From contig JBBITJ010000001.1 of NCBI GenBank assembly GCA_037440825.1, positions 63,777 through 82,402 on the forward strand: 18,626 nucleotides of DNA. The letters are read 5' to 3'. Position 1 is the first letter of the stretch; every line of letters starts with the position of its first letter. Shown here in pieces: positions 7,850 through 16,800 of the stretch. The notes under the pieces are model-generated. The model had not been told where the DNA came from, ran no database searches, and saw only the letters and a list, made by a program, of their open reading frames with translations. The stretch is from Candidatus Micrarchaeota archaeon. GTDB taxonomy: Archaea > Micrarchaeota > Micrarchaeia > Anstonellales > Bilamarchaeaceae. A program made the translations under genes and the position numbers.

Positions 7850-9234
7850 GATTTTTGCGCAGGCAGGAACGCAAGCTGGGAGAACGCGAGCAGCGCCGTG
7901 AACAGCGCCACGGGCGTGAACCAGGAAACAGGGTAGGAGAAATAGGCGAACAGCGCTGCGAAGAGCATGTTCGGGATCAATGCAAGGAGCACGCTTCCGC
8001 CTGAGGACTGCGAAGTCGGGACGAACTCCTGCTTCTTCAGCGGAGAGAGGAGGAGCGCGAACAGCCTCGCTATGGATATCGAGAAGTTGAGCGAATACAT
8101 CACTATCCCTGTGAGCACGGAACCTGCGGTCATGGAAGATATTATGCACACTGCCAGAATGCTCTGCGCGAAATATGCCAGCGCTGCGATCGCTATTTCC
8201 TGCGTGAAGGCGCCTGCGAGATGGACATATAAGAGATATAATAGGTATGCGAGCTGGAAAAGCGAGACGAAGTAGAGCCCCAGGTACTGGAACGCGAAGA
8301 ACGGCTGGTGCGCAGGTCTTATGCGCGGAATGCTTTTGAGGTACGTAGGAAGCATCGCAGTCATCCCTATTATGTAGCGGTTGTGCTGCTCCAGGAACGA
8401 AGAGAAATCCGCAGCGCCCTTTCCGACCGAATACGCCTTTGGCTGGTGCACGGTTTTCCACCCGTGCAGGTAGAGAATGAAGGAGGCGGCGACGTCCTCC
8501 ACCAGGCTGTACGGGAAGCCGCCCGCGTCTGCGACAGCGGACTTTTTCAATATCGCGGCCGAGCCGAGGAACGCCCCGGTACCGCTTTTTGCACACGCCG
8601 GGTTCACGAAATTGTAGAATATTCCGTTTATCGCTGCTGCGGAGCGCTCGAAGAGCCCGGATGCGCGCACTGCCTTGTTGGTCTGCACGACCGCGACTTC
8701 CGGATCCGAGAAGAAGCCGAGGTTGTCGGTGAGGAACGCTGGATCCGAGAGCTCTTCGTCCGCGTCGAAAATGGCGAAGAACTCCGCAGCCCCGTTCAGG
8801 TAATTGTTTAGCGAGCCAGCCTTGAAGCCCTCCCGGGTTTCCCTATGGAAATATGCAAATCCGTTCTTGGAGCAGAACCGCTCCAGCCGCGAAGCTATAT
8901 CCTTGTTCGTGGAGTCGTCCAGCAGCACTATTCGCAGCAATTCCTTCGGATAGTCGAGCTTCCTGAACGAGAGTAGCGAACGCTCCACCATCGCGGCGTC
9001 CTCGTTGTAGCAGACCTTCACTATATCCACGGCCGGAAGCGTCCTAGGCAGCGGCGCAGGCGCGGGCTTGAGCTTCCTGAATCCGAGGAAGATGGAAATC
9101 GAGAACAGCATAAAGAATGCCGAGACCGCCGTGAACACTAGGAACTGCCAGTGCTGCGGCCGGTGGGCGGCGAAGAGCACGGAATAATAAGCATTTAAAA
9201 TTATGAAAATTGATAAGAGAACCAGCCAAATCAT
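7846..9234 (-). CDS. Membrane GT2 glycosyltransferase, cellulose-synthase-like (462 aa)
   Basis: Two N-terminal TMs, YNED, LLDDS, GFKAGSLN, IFDAD, LVED, QHNRY (QxxRW position) and several C-terminal TMs. Confidence 0.88.
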   Translation of the reverse strand: MIWLVLLSIFIILNAYYSVLFAAHRPQHWQFLVFTAVSAFFMLFSISIFLGFRKLKPAPAPLPRTLPAVDIVKVCYNEDAAMVERSLLSFRKLDYPKELLRIVLLDDSTNKDIASRLERFCSKNGFAYFHRETREGFKAGSLNNYLNGAAEFFAIFDADEELSDPAFLTDNLGFFSDPEVAVVQTNKAVRASGLFERSAAAINGIFYNFVNPACAKSGTGAFLGSAAILKKSAVADAGGFPYSLVEDVAASFILYLHGWKTVHQPKAYSVGKGAADFSSFLEQHNRYIIGMTAMLPTYLKSIPRIRPAHQPFFAFQYLGLYFVSLFQLAYLLYLLYVHLAGAFTQEIAIAALAYFAQSILAVCIISSMTAGSVLTGIVMYSLNFSISIARLFALLLSPLKKQEFVPTSQSSGGSVLLALIPNMLFAALFAYFSYPVSWFTPVALFTALLAFSQLAFLPAQKS

Positions 9235-9275
9235 GAATTAGACTATTGGTGAAATTTTAAAAACGAGATGCAGCC

Positions 9276-10460
9276 ATGGTCCTCGAATCAGTGTACGTCG
9301 AATACGCGATATCGTTCGTCGCGCTCTACATCACAGTGGCATACCTGCTGGTGTATCTCAAGAACCGGGAGGAAATGTACGCGCCTGCGCGCGGCAAGTG
9401 GGAGCCCAAAATATCAGTCATCATTCCTGCGTACAACGAAGAGAAAACAATTGGCGCGTGCATAGAAAGCGTGCTCGCCTCCGATTATCCAAAGGAGAAG
9501 CTCGAGGTCATAGTGATTGACGACGGTTCCAAGGACGACACGTACGGGGCTGCGAAAAAGTACGCTGCGCGCGGCGTGAAGGTTCTCAGGAAGCCGAACA
9601 GCGGAAAGGCAAACAGCCTCAACTACGCGATAGAGCGCGCGAGCGGGGACGTGGTCGCGACTCTTGATGCCGATTCCTTCGTGAGCAGGGATGCGATAAG
9701 GAAGATGCTGCCCCTCTTCGATTCCGATGACGTCGTCGCTGTCACGGCAGCGGTGAAGGCGCACGAGCCCCGCAATCTTCTGGAGCGGCTCCAGTCGGTC
9801 GAATACCTCTACACCATATTTTCCAGGAAGGTGCTCGTGTTCCTCGACGCTGTGCAGGTCACGCCCGGTCCGTTCAGCATGTTCAGGCGCTGGGTGTTCG
9901 GGAAGATCGGCGGGTTCGACGCGGACAACATACTGGAGGACCAGGAGATAGCGATGCGCATCCAGTCGCACAATTACAAGATACGGAGCTCGCTGGACGC
10001 GGAAGTGTTCACCGAAGTGCCGTCCAATTTCAAGGAGCTTTTCAAGCAGCGCACTCGCTGGCACCGCGGCGGGCTGAGGAACGCTATAAAGTACCTCAGC
10101 CTCATAGGCCCGAAGTACGGCGATTTCGGAGTGTTCGTGATGCCGCTGGGCTTCCTCGCGGTGATAGCGATATTCCTCATAATAGGGAGCGCGGTGCTCA
10201 ACTTCTTCACAAAACCCAACTACATATCGATGCTCGGGGGGGAAGGGCTTATATTGAGCATAAGCCCGCTCCACATAATAGGGCTCATACTGTTCATCCT
10301 TACAGTCGGCTGGGTGTTCTACGGAATACGGTATTTCAAGAAGGATAAGGCGGATTTCTGGCTGGTCGTATTATATATATTGCTCTACGGTTATTTCATA
10401 ACGCTCTTCTGGCTCTCCGCGATATACAGGGAGATCAGGAACGAGAAGCTGAGTTGGTGA
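9276..10460 (+). CDS. Membrane GT2 glycosyltransferase, PgaC/IcaA-like (394 aa)
   Basis: SVIIPAYNEE, IDDGSKD, NSGKANSLN, LDADS, QSVEY, ILED and QRTRW, followed by TM helices. Confidence 0.92.
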   Translation: MVLESVYVEYAISFVALYITVAYLLVYLKNREEMYAPARGKWEPKISVIIPAYNEEKTIGACIESVLASDYPKEKLEVIVIDDGSKDDTYGAAKKYAARGVKVLRKPNSGKANSLNYAIERASGDVVATLDADSFVSRDAIRKMLPLFDSDDVVAVTAAVKAHEPRNLLERLQSVEYLYTIFSRKVLVFLDAVQVTPGPFSMFRRWVFGKIGGFDADNILEDQEIAMRIQSHNYKIRSSLDAEVFTEVPSNFKELFKQRTRWHRGGLRNAIKYLSLIGPKYGDFGVFVMPLGFLAVIAIFLIIGSAVLNFFTKPNYISMLGGEGLILSISPLHIIGLILFILTVGWVFYGIRYFKKDKADFWLVVLYILLYGYFITLFWLSAIYREIRNEKLSW

Positions 10461-10463
10461 ATC

Positions 10464-11114
10464 ATGAACGAAGGGAAGCAGCATAGGCACATCTCTGTCC
10501 CCATATACGCGGCGGCGTTCGTAATCACGACCTTGATATTCGCGATAGGCGTCTACGTTGGCGGCTACCTGGACAGTGGAAACCTGGACAACTTGGAAAG
10601 CGAGATAGCGAAGATAAGCTACCAGTCGCTCTCCTACCAGCTCATGTTCCTGATGGGCGATTCTGACTCGTTCTGCCCGTTCTACAAGGAGGAGCTGGAC
10701 AAGCTCGACGCTGAGACAGAGAAGGTCGGGCTCAAACTCACCTATCTTGAGGACATAAAGGGCGTGAGCGACCCTGAGCTCAAGAAGCAGTATTTCGTGC
10801 TGGAGACCAACGCGTTCCTCCTTTCGGAGAAGGTGAAGGCGAAGTGCGGCGGCAACTACACCACCATCCTCTATTTCTATTCGAACAAGGAGTGCAGCGG
10901 ATGCACGGAGCAGGGCTACGAGCTCATAAAGCTCAAGCAGGAGCTCGGCGAGAACGTGAGGATTTACTCTTTCGACGGCGAGCTCGGAAGCTCGCTGGTC
11001 GCCGCGCTCATGAAGGAGTACGGAGTCGCCAGCTATCCGTCCGTAGTGATTGGCGGGAACCGCACTGTAAGCGGGCTCAATGCAGCAGGCACTCTGAAAG
11101 GGATGCTCGGTTGA
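10464..11114 (+). CDS. Membrane-anchored protein with C-terminal thioredoxin-like CxxC domain (216 aa)
   Basis: N-terminal TM and helical middle region, then ILYFYS..CSGC and YGVASYPSVVI (cis-Pro region). Starts 3 nt after the GT2 stop. Confidence 0.7.
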   Translation: MNEGKQHRHISVPIYAAAFVITTLIFAIGVYVGGYLDSGNLDNLESEIAKISYQSLSYQLMFLMGDSDSFCPFYKEELDKLDAETEKVGLKLTYLEDIKGVSDPELKKQYFVLETNAFLLSEKVKAKCGGNYTTILYFYSNKECSGCTEQGYELIKLKQELGENVRIYSFDGELGSSLVAALMKEYGVASYPSVVIGGNRTVSGLNAAGTLKGMLG

Positions 11115-11639
11115 TCATTCCTTTTCGCCGCCCTTTTTCCTCATCCGATTCTCCCACTCGCTCCTTATCCTCATCTTCAGGAATTTCAGGAACTTCGCGA
11201 ACAGCCCGGGATCCTCCTTCAGCCTGTATTTGAGGAACGGCTGCGCCTTGATGCCGTCCTTCTTCCATTCCACGCGCTGCTGCTCGAAGCACAGCTCGCA
11301 GAACTTGTGGTCCGCAACCACGTATGCGATGTCCATGTCGCCTTTGCACTTGTCGCACTCGTAGTCGCTTTTCTGGAACACTGACGGACCGCCCTCGTCA
11401 GGTGCGACATGCCCCTCTTTTCCCGGCGCGCCTTCCCGCCTTTCCAACGCCCTCCTTTCCTCGTCCCGTATCTCCATTATGCAGTAGGGGCAATAGGTCT
11501 GCCCCTTCCACTGCTGGAGCTCGATCCTGGGAAGGTACATCCTGCAGCGCCAGCACTGGTCGTTGGTCGCGTAGAACAAGCAGCTCTCGCAGTACTGGCC
11601 TGAGAGAATCTCGCGGCCGCAGCGCATGCAGTTTGCCAT
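11115..11639 (-). CDS. Cys-rich Zn-finger hypothetical protein (174 aa)
   Basis: Six CxxC pairs (CMRC, CESC, CWRC, CPYC, CDKC, CELC). TATTTAAG box at 11667-11660, 20 nt before the ATG. Confidence 0.8.
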   Translation of the reverse strand: MANCMRCGREILSGQYCESCLFYATNDQCWRCRMYLPRIELQQWKGQTYCPYCIMEIRDEERRALERREGAPGKEGHVAPDEGGPSVFQKSDYECDKCKGDMDIAYVVADHKFCELCFEQQRVEWKKDGIKAQPFLKYRLKEDPGLFAKFLKFLKMRIRSEWENRMRKKGGEKE

Positions 11640-11674
11640 GGAAGTGTTTCAGCTCAGCGCTTAAATAACCGGCG

Positions 11675-13537
11675 CTAGGTCTTCCCGTTGCCCTGGCTCA
11701 GGCCCCTGAGCTTGCCCGCTTCCCTTGAAAGGCCGTTCGCCTCCAGGAAATCCGCATACCTGCTGTACGCTTTCCTCACGGTGTCCTCGTAGTCGAGGCC
11801 TGCCTTCTTGTACAGCGTCCTGGGAAGTATCGGCGTAAGGTCCACTCCGCCAGCCTGGGTTATAACATCCACTCCGAGCAGCGGGTCATAGGCCGTCTTT
11901 ATCTCGCCCCTCATGGTGTGCACCCAGAGGTACTGCGAGATAACCGGCGTAAGCGCGACGGAAAAGTCGTGCACGCGCACGGTTGGGCCGTCGAACGGGT
12001 GGACGACCGCGTTGGCGATTATCGGGCCCACATATCCTGTGTTCAGACCCAGGTTCACTATGGGGAATTCCGAGTAAAGCGCGAGCAGCTTGCTCATGTA
12101 GCTCGCCGCGTCCTCCATTATGAAACCGCTCACGTAGAGTTCGTTTATCAGCTTGGAGACCGCCACAGGGGAGTTGCTGCCCGACTTGAGCAGTTCCCGG
12201 ACCGCGGCAGGGTCAAACATCTGCTCTATATGAGGCATGGGATTCTCCTTGTCCGCGAGGCGCGCCTCGAACTTGCCCTCGTCGACTATGGGTCTGAATT
12301 CGTAGTAGCCCTTCACCTTTATGGTTCCTCCTCCGCCTTTGACCGCAGCTGTCTGCTGCGTGGGTCCTGCTGCCAGCAGTATCGCTGCTATCTCCGGGTC
12401 CTTTATGACGAACCCCGGCGGGAAATGCGGACCCCTGAATAGCTGCATCGAAAAGTCAATCCTGCCGCTGCTCTCTGCGGTGTCGGTCGTGTTGTACCTG
12501 TCTATGTCTATCGCGCGATGGGCGCCCCTCGGCACCGCGATCCTCGCATTCGGATCGCTCTTCTTGTCTTGGTAATCGAACTCGCCATCCCTCACCACCA
12601 AGTTGTAGCCGATGGTCTTGGGGTTCTTCTGCGCCTGCCAGAGGTACTTGTCGCTTTCGGGCGTGAGCCCTATGCATGTGAAGAAGTTCCCGGATTCCAT
12701 GGAATAGGACTTGCCGGTCCTCGGATCAGTGAATATCATGTCGTCGTTGTAGCACACCCTCGACTCGCCCGGGAGGAACACGCGCTCGTCAACGAATCCG
12801 GTCAGCGTGGTGGTCTTTCCCGTGAAGCTGGCTCCGCCGATCTTCACGTTGATGTTCCTGAACCTCCCGTCCTCGCCCCTTATGGTCACCCTGCCTAAGC
12901 CGAAGTGCTCCATGATGAGCCCTACTTGGCTCGCAACCCATCCGGCAATGGTCATTATCGTTTTCTTGCCTGCGTTGCCAGGATAGTCAGTGCCTTCCAC
13001 CACCGCCACGCAGTCTGATTTGGATATGTTGACTGTCTGCTCCTTCGAATCCGGAAGTATGATCATGAAACCGTCCGGCTTTTGCCCTTCCTTCATCGGG
13101 AAGAACGAAATGCCGCTCGTAAGGAGGAGGTCCGCCCTATCCTTGGGCACCGCAATCTCGAAATTCATCTCGTAGCCGTCGCTGTTGTTGCCGACGCGGA
13201 TGCAGCCGGTGATCATATTCTCCACGCCGATTTCCCTTATCTGCTCCTCCACCTGGCCGAGCTTCTTCGCGCTGATGGAGTCGCGGTAGTGCGGCGCGAA
13301 CCTCTTCGTGACGTTGGTGATCACACTCGCGCGCTCGCCGTCATCCAGGTAATGGATTGTCCTGGACGTCTTTGAGGCCTCGCGCATGAATTCCCTGAGC
13401 CTGGATTCTTCCACGTTCCTGTTCTGGGCAGGGATGCTGTCCAGGATGTCGCCAACCCTCCTTCTCGCCGGCGTGTCCGGCTCGAATTTCCCGTCCTTTA
13501 CGGATTTTGCGTACATGGGTCCGTGCGTTGCATTCAT
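11675..13537 (-). CDS. Divergent phosphoenolpyruvate carboxykinase (ATP-type)-like protein (620 aa)
   Basis: PckA motifs in the correct order: GTDYPGNAGKK (cf. GTxYxGEMKK), MEH, GASFTGKTTT (kinase-1a), NDD (kinase-2), MESGNF (cf. EGGCY), NAR (cf. NTR) and LNTGY (cf. VNTGW). GGTGG ribosome-binding site 4 nt before ATG 13537. Confidence 0.75.
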   Translation of the reverse strand: MNATHGPMYAKSVKDGKFEPDTPARRRVGDILDSIPAQNRNVEESRLREFMREASKTSRTIHYLDDGERASVITNVTKRFAPHYRDSISAKKLGQVEEQIREIGVENMITGCIRVGNNSDGYEMNFEIAVPKDRADLLLTSGISFFPMKEGQKPDGFMIILPDSKEQTVNISKSDCVAVVEGTDYPGNAGKKTIMTIAGWVASQVGLIMEHFGLGRVTIRGEDGRFRNINVKIGGASFTGKTTTLTGFVDERVFLPGESRVCYNDDMIFTDPRTGKSYSMESGNFFTCIGLTPESDKYLWQAQKNPKTIGYNLVVRDGEFDYQDKKSDPNARIAVPRGAHRAIDIDRYNTTDTAESSGRIDFSMQLFRGPHFPPGFVIKDPEIAAILLAAGPTQQTAAVKGGGGTIKVKGYYEFRPIVDEGKFEARLADKENPMPHIEQMFDPAAVRELLKSGSNSPVAVSKLINELYVSGFIMEDAASYMSKLLALYSEFPIVNLGLNTGYVGPIIANAVVHPFDGPTVRVHDFSVALTPVISQYLWVHTMRGEIKTAYDPLLGVDVITQAGGVDLTPILPRTLYKKAGLDYEDTVRKAYSRYADFLEANGLSREAGKLRGLSQGNGKT

Positions 13538-13604
13538 CTTTCCACCATTCGAACAGAAATCGAGATGCATTCTAGCGATGCGGTTGCTCGCGGATTGGTT
13601 GTTG

Positions 13605-13626
13605 TATTTTATTATATAATAAAATA
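13605..13626. promoter_or_regulatory. Perfect 22-bp AT-only palindrome containing TTATATAA
   Basis: TATTTTATTATATAATAAAATA equals its own reverse complement and lies upstream of the PEPCK-like gene. Confidence 0.6.
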
Positions 13627-13682
13627 GTGTTGAACTGCGGACAGATTGTTATAGAATTAACAAAAATGAGTTAAAAGAGCTA

Positions 13683-13827
13683 GCCCAGGAATCCCCGCGC
13701 AATGGCGGATTCCTCCATCAGCTCCCGGAACTTCGGCTTCTGGTCCTGCTGCGCCGCAGATAAACGGTTGACCGAATGTGTGGATTATGACAAAGCGCGG
13801 AGGCGAAGTGATACGGATTGCTGGGGG
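13683..13827 (+). ncRNA. Candidate structured RNA (alternative: eroded gene 3' end)
   Basis: Pairings 13684-13694/13815-13825 (10 of 11 bp) and 13695-13700/13795-13800 (6 bp), plus hairpin 13719-13751 capped by c(UUCG)g. Confidence 0.35.
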
Positions 13828-16800
13828 CTACATGAAGTCGGATATCCCCATTTGTTTTACCTTCTCGTCCTCGAATATGTTCTCGATCTCCTTCTTTATC
13901 AGGTCGAGCCGTTGCCTCATGTATGCAGGAAGATCATATTCGTCGCACATCTTCCTCGATATTTCCAGGTATTTCTCTATTCCCCCTTTGTTTATCGTGA
14001 GCAAAAGGTTGCCGCCGCATTTGGTGCATTTGCCTGCAAGTGGCGTCCTGCGGTAAATCTCGTTGCAGTTCCCGCACCTGAACGTCTGCCTGGAGAACGA
14101 GCGCAAATTCCCGTAAAGGTCCGGGATGAAATGGCTCAGTATAAGCCGCTCCGCAGCGTCCCTCACGTCCACTGGCCGCAGGCGCTTCTGGAGGTTGAAC
14201 TGCAGGTTTATCTTATCCGGAATTGATTCCAGGGACACGTACGCGGTCTTGAGCGGTCCTTCGTCTATGTATGTAGTGTCGTGCGTCAACCCTAACTGGT
14301 CGTACTGCTCCGGCTTGCCGAGCACGTCCTTCACGGTCTTTATCTTCACGTCGCCTGCAGAAGCGAATTTCTCCGCTGCGCGGTAGAATTCCAGCGGATA
14401 GCCGAACACCATCTCCACGTTGTGCGCCTCGTCGTCCACTTCCTTGGGATCTATTACGGTGGAAATGGTGATGGGCGCGTCCATCGTCCCGCCTCTCGTA
14501 TCCGAGAGGTAGTGACGGGAGAAGTTGAGCAGCGAATCCATGAGGAGCATCACCGCATCCTCGTCTCCGTCCGCATTCCTTCTCTTTGCGGCGTGGAAGA
14601 ACGGGTGTCCGAATCCCGCGTTCGCTTTCGTGAAACCGATCAGCCTTACGAGCACCCCGCTGCTGGTGTGCGGCGAAAGCCCTACGAACAGCTGGCCCAC
14701 CAAGTCATCCCGGGTGGATGCGTTGTACACTGGCTGCATGTTGTAGAGCCCGACCATGATGTCGTCTATGAATTTTGCAACTCGCAGGAAGTAATCCGCC
14801 CCGTATTCTGAGATGATGATGTCCTGGGGCCGCAGCGGGACTATCTGTTCCTCGTTCAGGAGCTCGTTGCCCAAATAGTCTTTTGTGTAGCCGAGCGAGC
14901 GCAGTTTCTCCACGCTTGTTCCGATTTCCCTTGGCTTGAAATGGGTTAATGGAATATTCGTAGCGTCGAACCTGCACGTGCCGTCGCGGAACACATAGAT
15001 GTCGTGCTTGGCGCGGAACAGCCCTTTTTCCAGCCTCTCCGGCACTTTCTTTGTGCTGGAGAGCCCTTTCACGCCCCTTATGTCCTCTGGAAGGAAATTG
15101 TACTGCTTCCTGAGCATCTCGATTAGATTAACGAGATTAACGGGCCTACGCTCGTACGGAAGCGTGGGGCTGCAGTGCTCCTCCTGGTTCGTTGGTTTTC
15201 CGCATTTGGGGCACACGTTCTGCGCGACTGTTTTCGTGCTGCACAATTCGCACTTCCTGTAAGCGGTGATGTTCCTGCAGTTCGGACACACGTAGCGCGC
15301 CAATTCGAGGCTTGTGGTGCGTTCGCCCTCTTTGCCCCTTATCGTCTTGTACAGCTTCATCAGACTCCGGTTCTTCGGTGAGCCTGTGGGGAAAAGGACA
15401 TTGACGTCGCCTTCCATCGCCCTTTCCTTGGCTTTTTCCGGCCTACCCATCCTCCCTCCTATGTAGATGGGCGCCTTCGCCTTTATCTCTAATCCAGAAA
15501 TTTCGTTCGCGAGCGCGAGCGCTGTCTTGGATGCCGAATACGCAGAGTTGAATTTCGCTGTTGAAATCTTTCCGTCTGCGGAGATCTCCAACCCGAGCGT
15601 GGAAAAGAGCGAATACGCGTCGTCCTTCCCCAAGAATATTTTTCCATCAGCGACTGTGTGCTCCACTCCCAAATCCTCCAATATCGATTTCTCGGGCGCG
15701 GGTTGGAGCACGAGCATATTCATCTCGCCTGCGTTGAAGCTCGGCTGACCCTGCGCAAGCCATAGCGCGAGCGAGCGCATCTGCTCCGCGCTTATGTCGT
15801 GCCAGAAATACACGTACTCGGGGTATAACGGAACTGAATAGTTCCTGGAGAATTCGAACGCCTCTTTCGCGCTCTCCGGCTTCTTGGGCTGCACGCCCTT
15901 GGCTTTGCACTCCTCTGCCCACCATTCCTCGCACCATCCGGAAGGCATGAGCGGATGCCCTGATTTGAGGAAATCGCCGTAGGCCACGAGCATGTCTCCC
16001 AGGAATATGATCTTTTCCACATTGGGGCGCAGCTCCTTGGCTTTCGCGGAGCTTCTCACCTTCAGCACGCTTCCGTTCTTCATCTTCACGATCGGAGGCT
16101 CGATCGTGTCGCAACCGGAAAGCACCGCACCTTTCCCCGGACGCTCGATCTTCACGTGCGTGCCCACTGCGGTGAAATCGTCCAATAGTATCATGGTCGC
16201 GGGATGGATGTTCTTCGCCATCAGGGAATTGGTCCTGCTCCTACCGTACCTCAGCCTGAATCCGCCTTTCGCCATCGGGTACGCGAACACCGGCCTTCCT
16301 GCAACAAGCCCTTCCAAGTAAGTGTAGTCCGGCTTTATCTCCACTGTGGATTCCTTCCTCTTCACCTTGATGAGCTTTTCCAGCCAATCCCAGCCCAGCC
16401 CGAATTTCTTCGCGTATTTGTAGACCTTGGAAGATTTCTGGGCTATTCCTTCGCATATGACCAGAGGGATGCCTCCGCGCAGCCTGTTCGTCTCTACGCG
16501 CGGAAGGTTCCTGTGCACAGATACCTCCACCTCTTCGTTCCCTGGGTTTCCGGGGTCCCCGTCTATGCATACCGGGCAGTTCTTAACAATCCACCTCACA
16601 TCGTCATCAGAGGGCTTGTACTGGAGGTGCGCTGCGCGCACTTCGTACACGTTCACTTCCTCCACGTATCGTTCTATTTCCGTGTCCGTGGGGCGGTAGT
16701 CGCCTATTTTCGCGATCCTTCTCGCATGGTCCGCCAACGCGACCGCGAGCGCCGCGACCGTTCCTCCTGCGCTCCGTATCGGGCCGGTGAAGTATATGCC

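Noticed and set aside
7427..8596. Long alternative-frame and antisense ORFs (also 3750-4664, 9414-10274, 16204-17151, 17487-18404)
   Set aside because: Shadow ORFs of well-supported genes in GC-rich DNA, with Arg/His/Val-skewed composition and no motifs.
13602..13629. Xer/dif site or replication origin
   Set aside because: The arms lack the ATAA-N6-TTAT arrangement of dif sites, and no ORB repeats flank the AT-rich tract.
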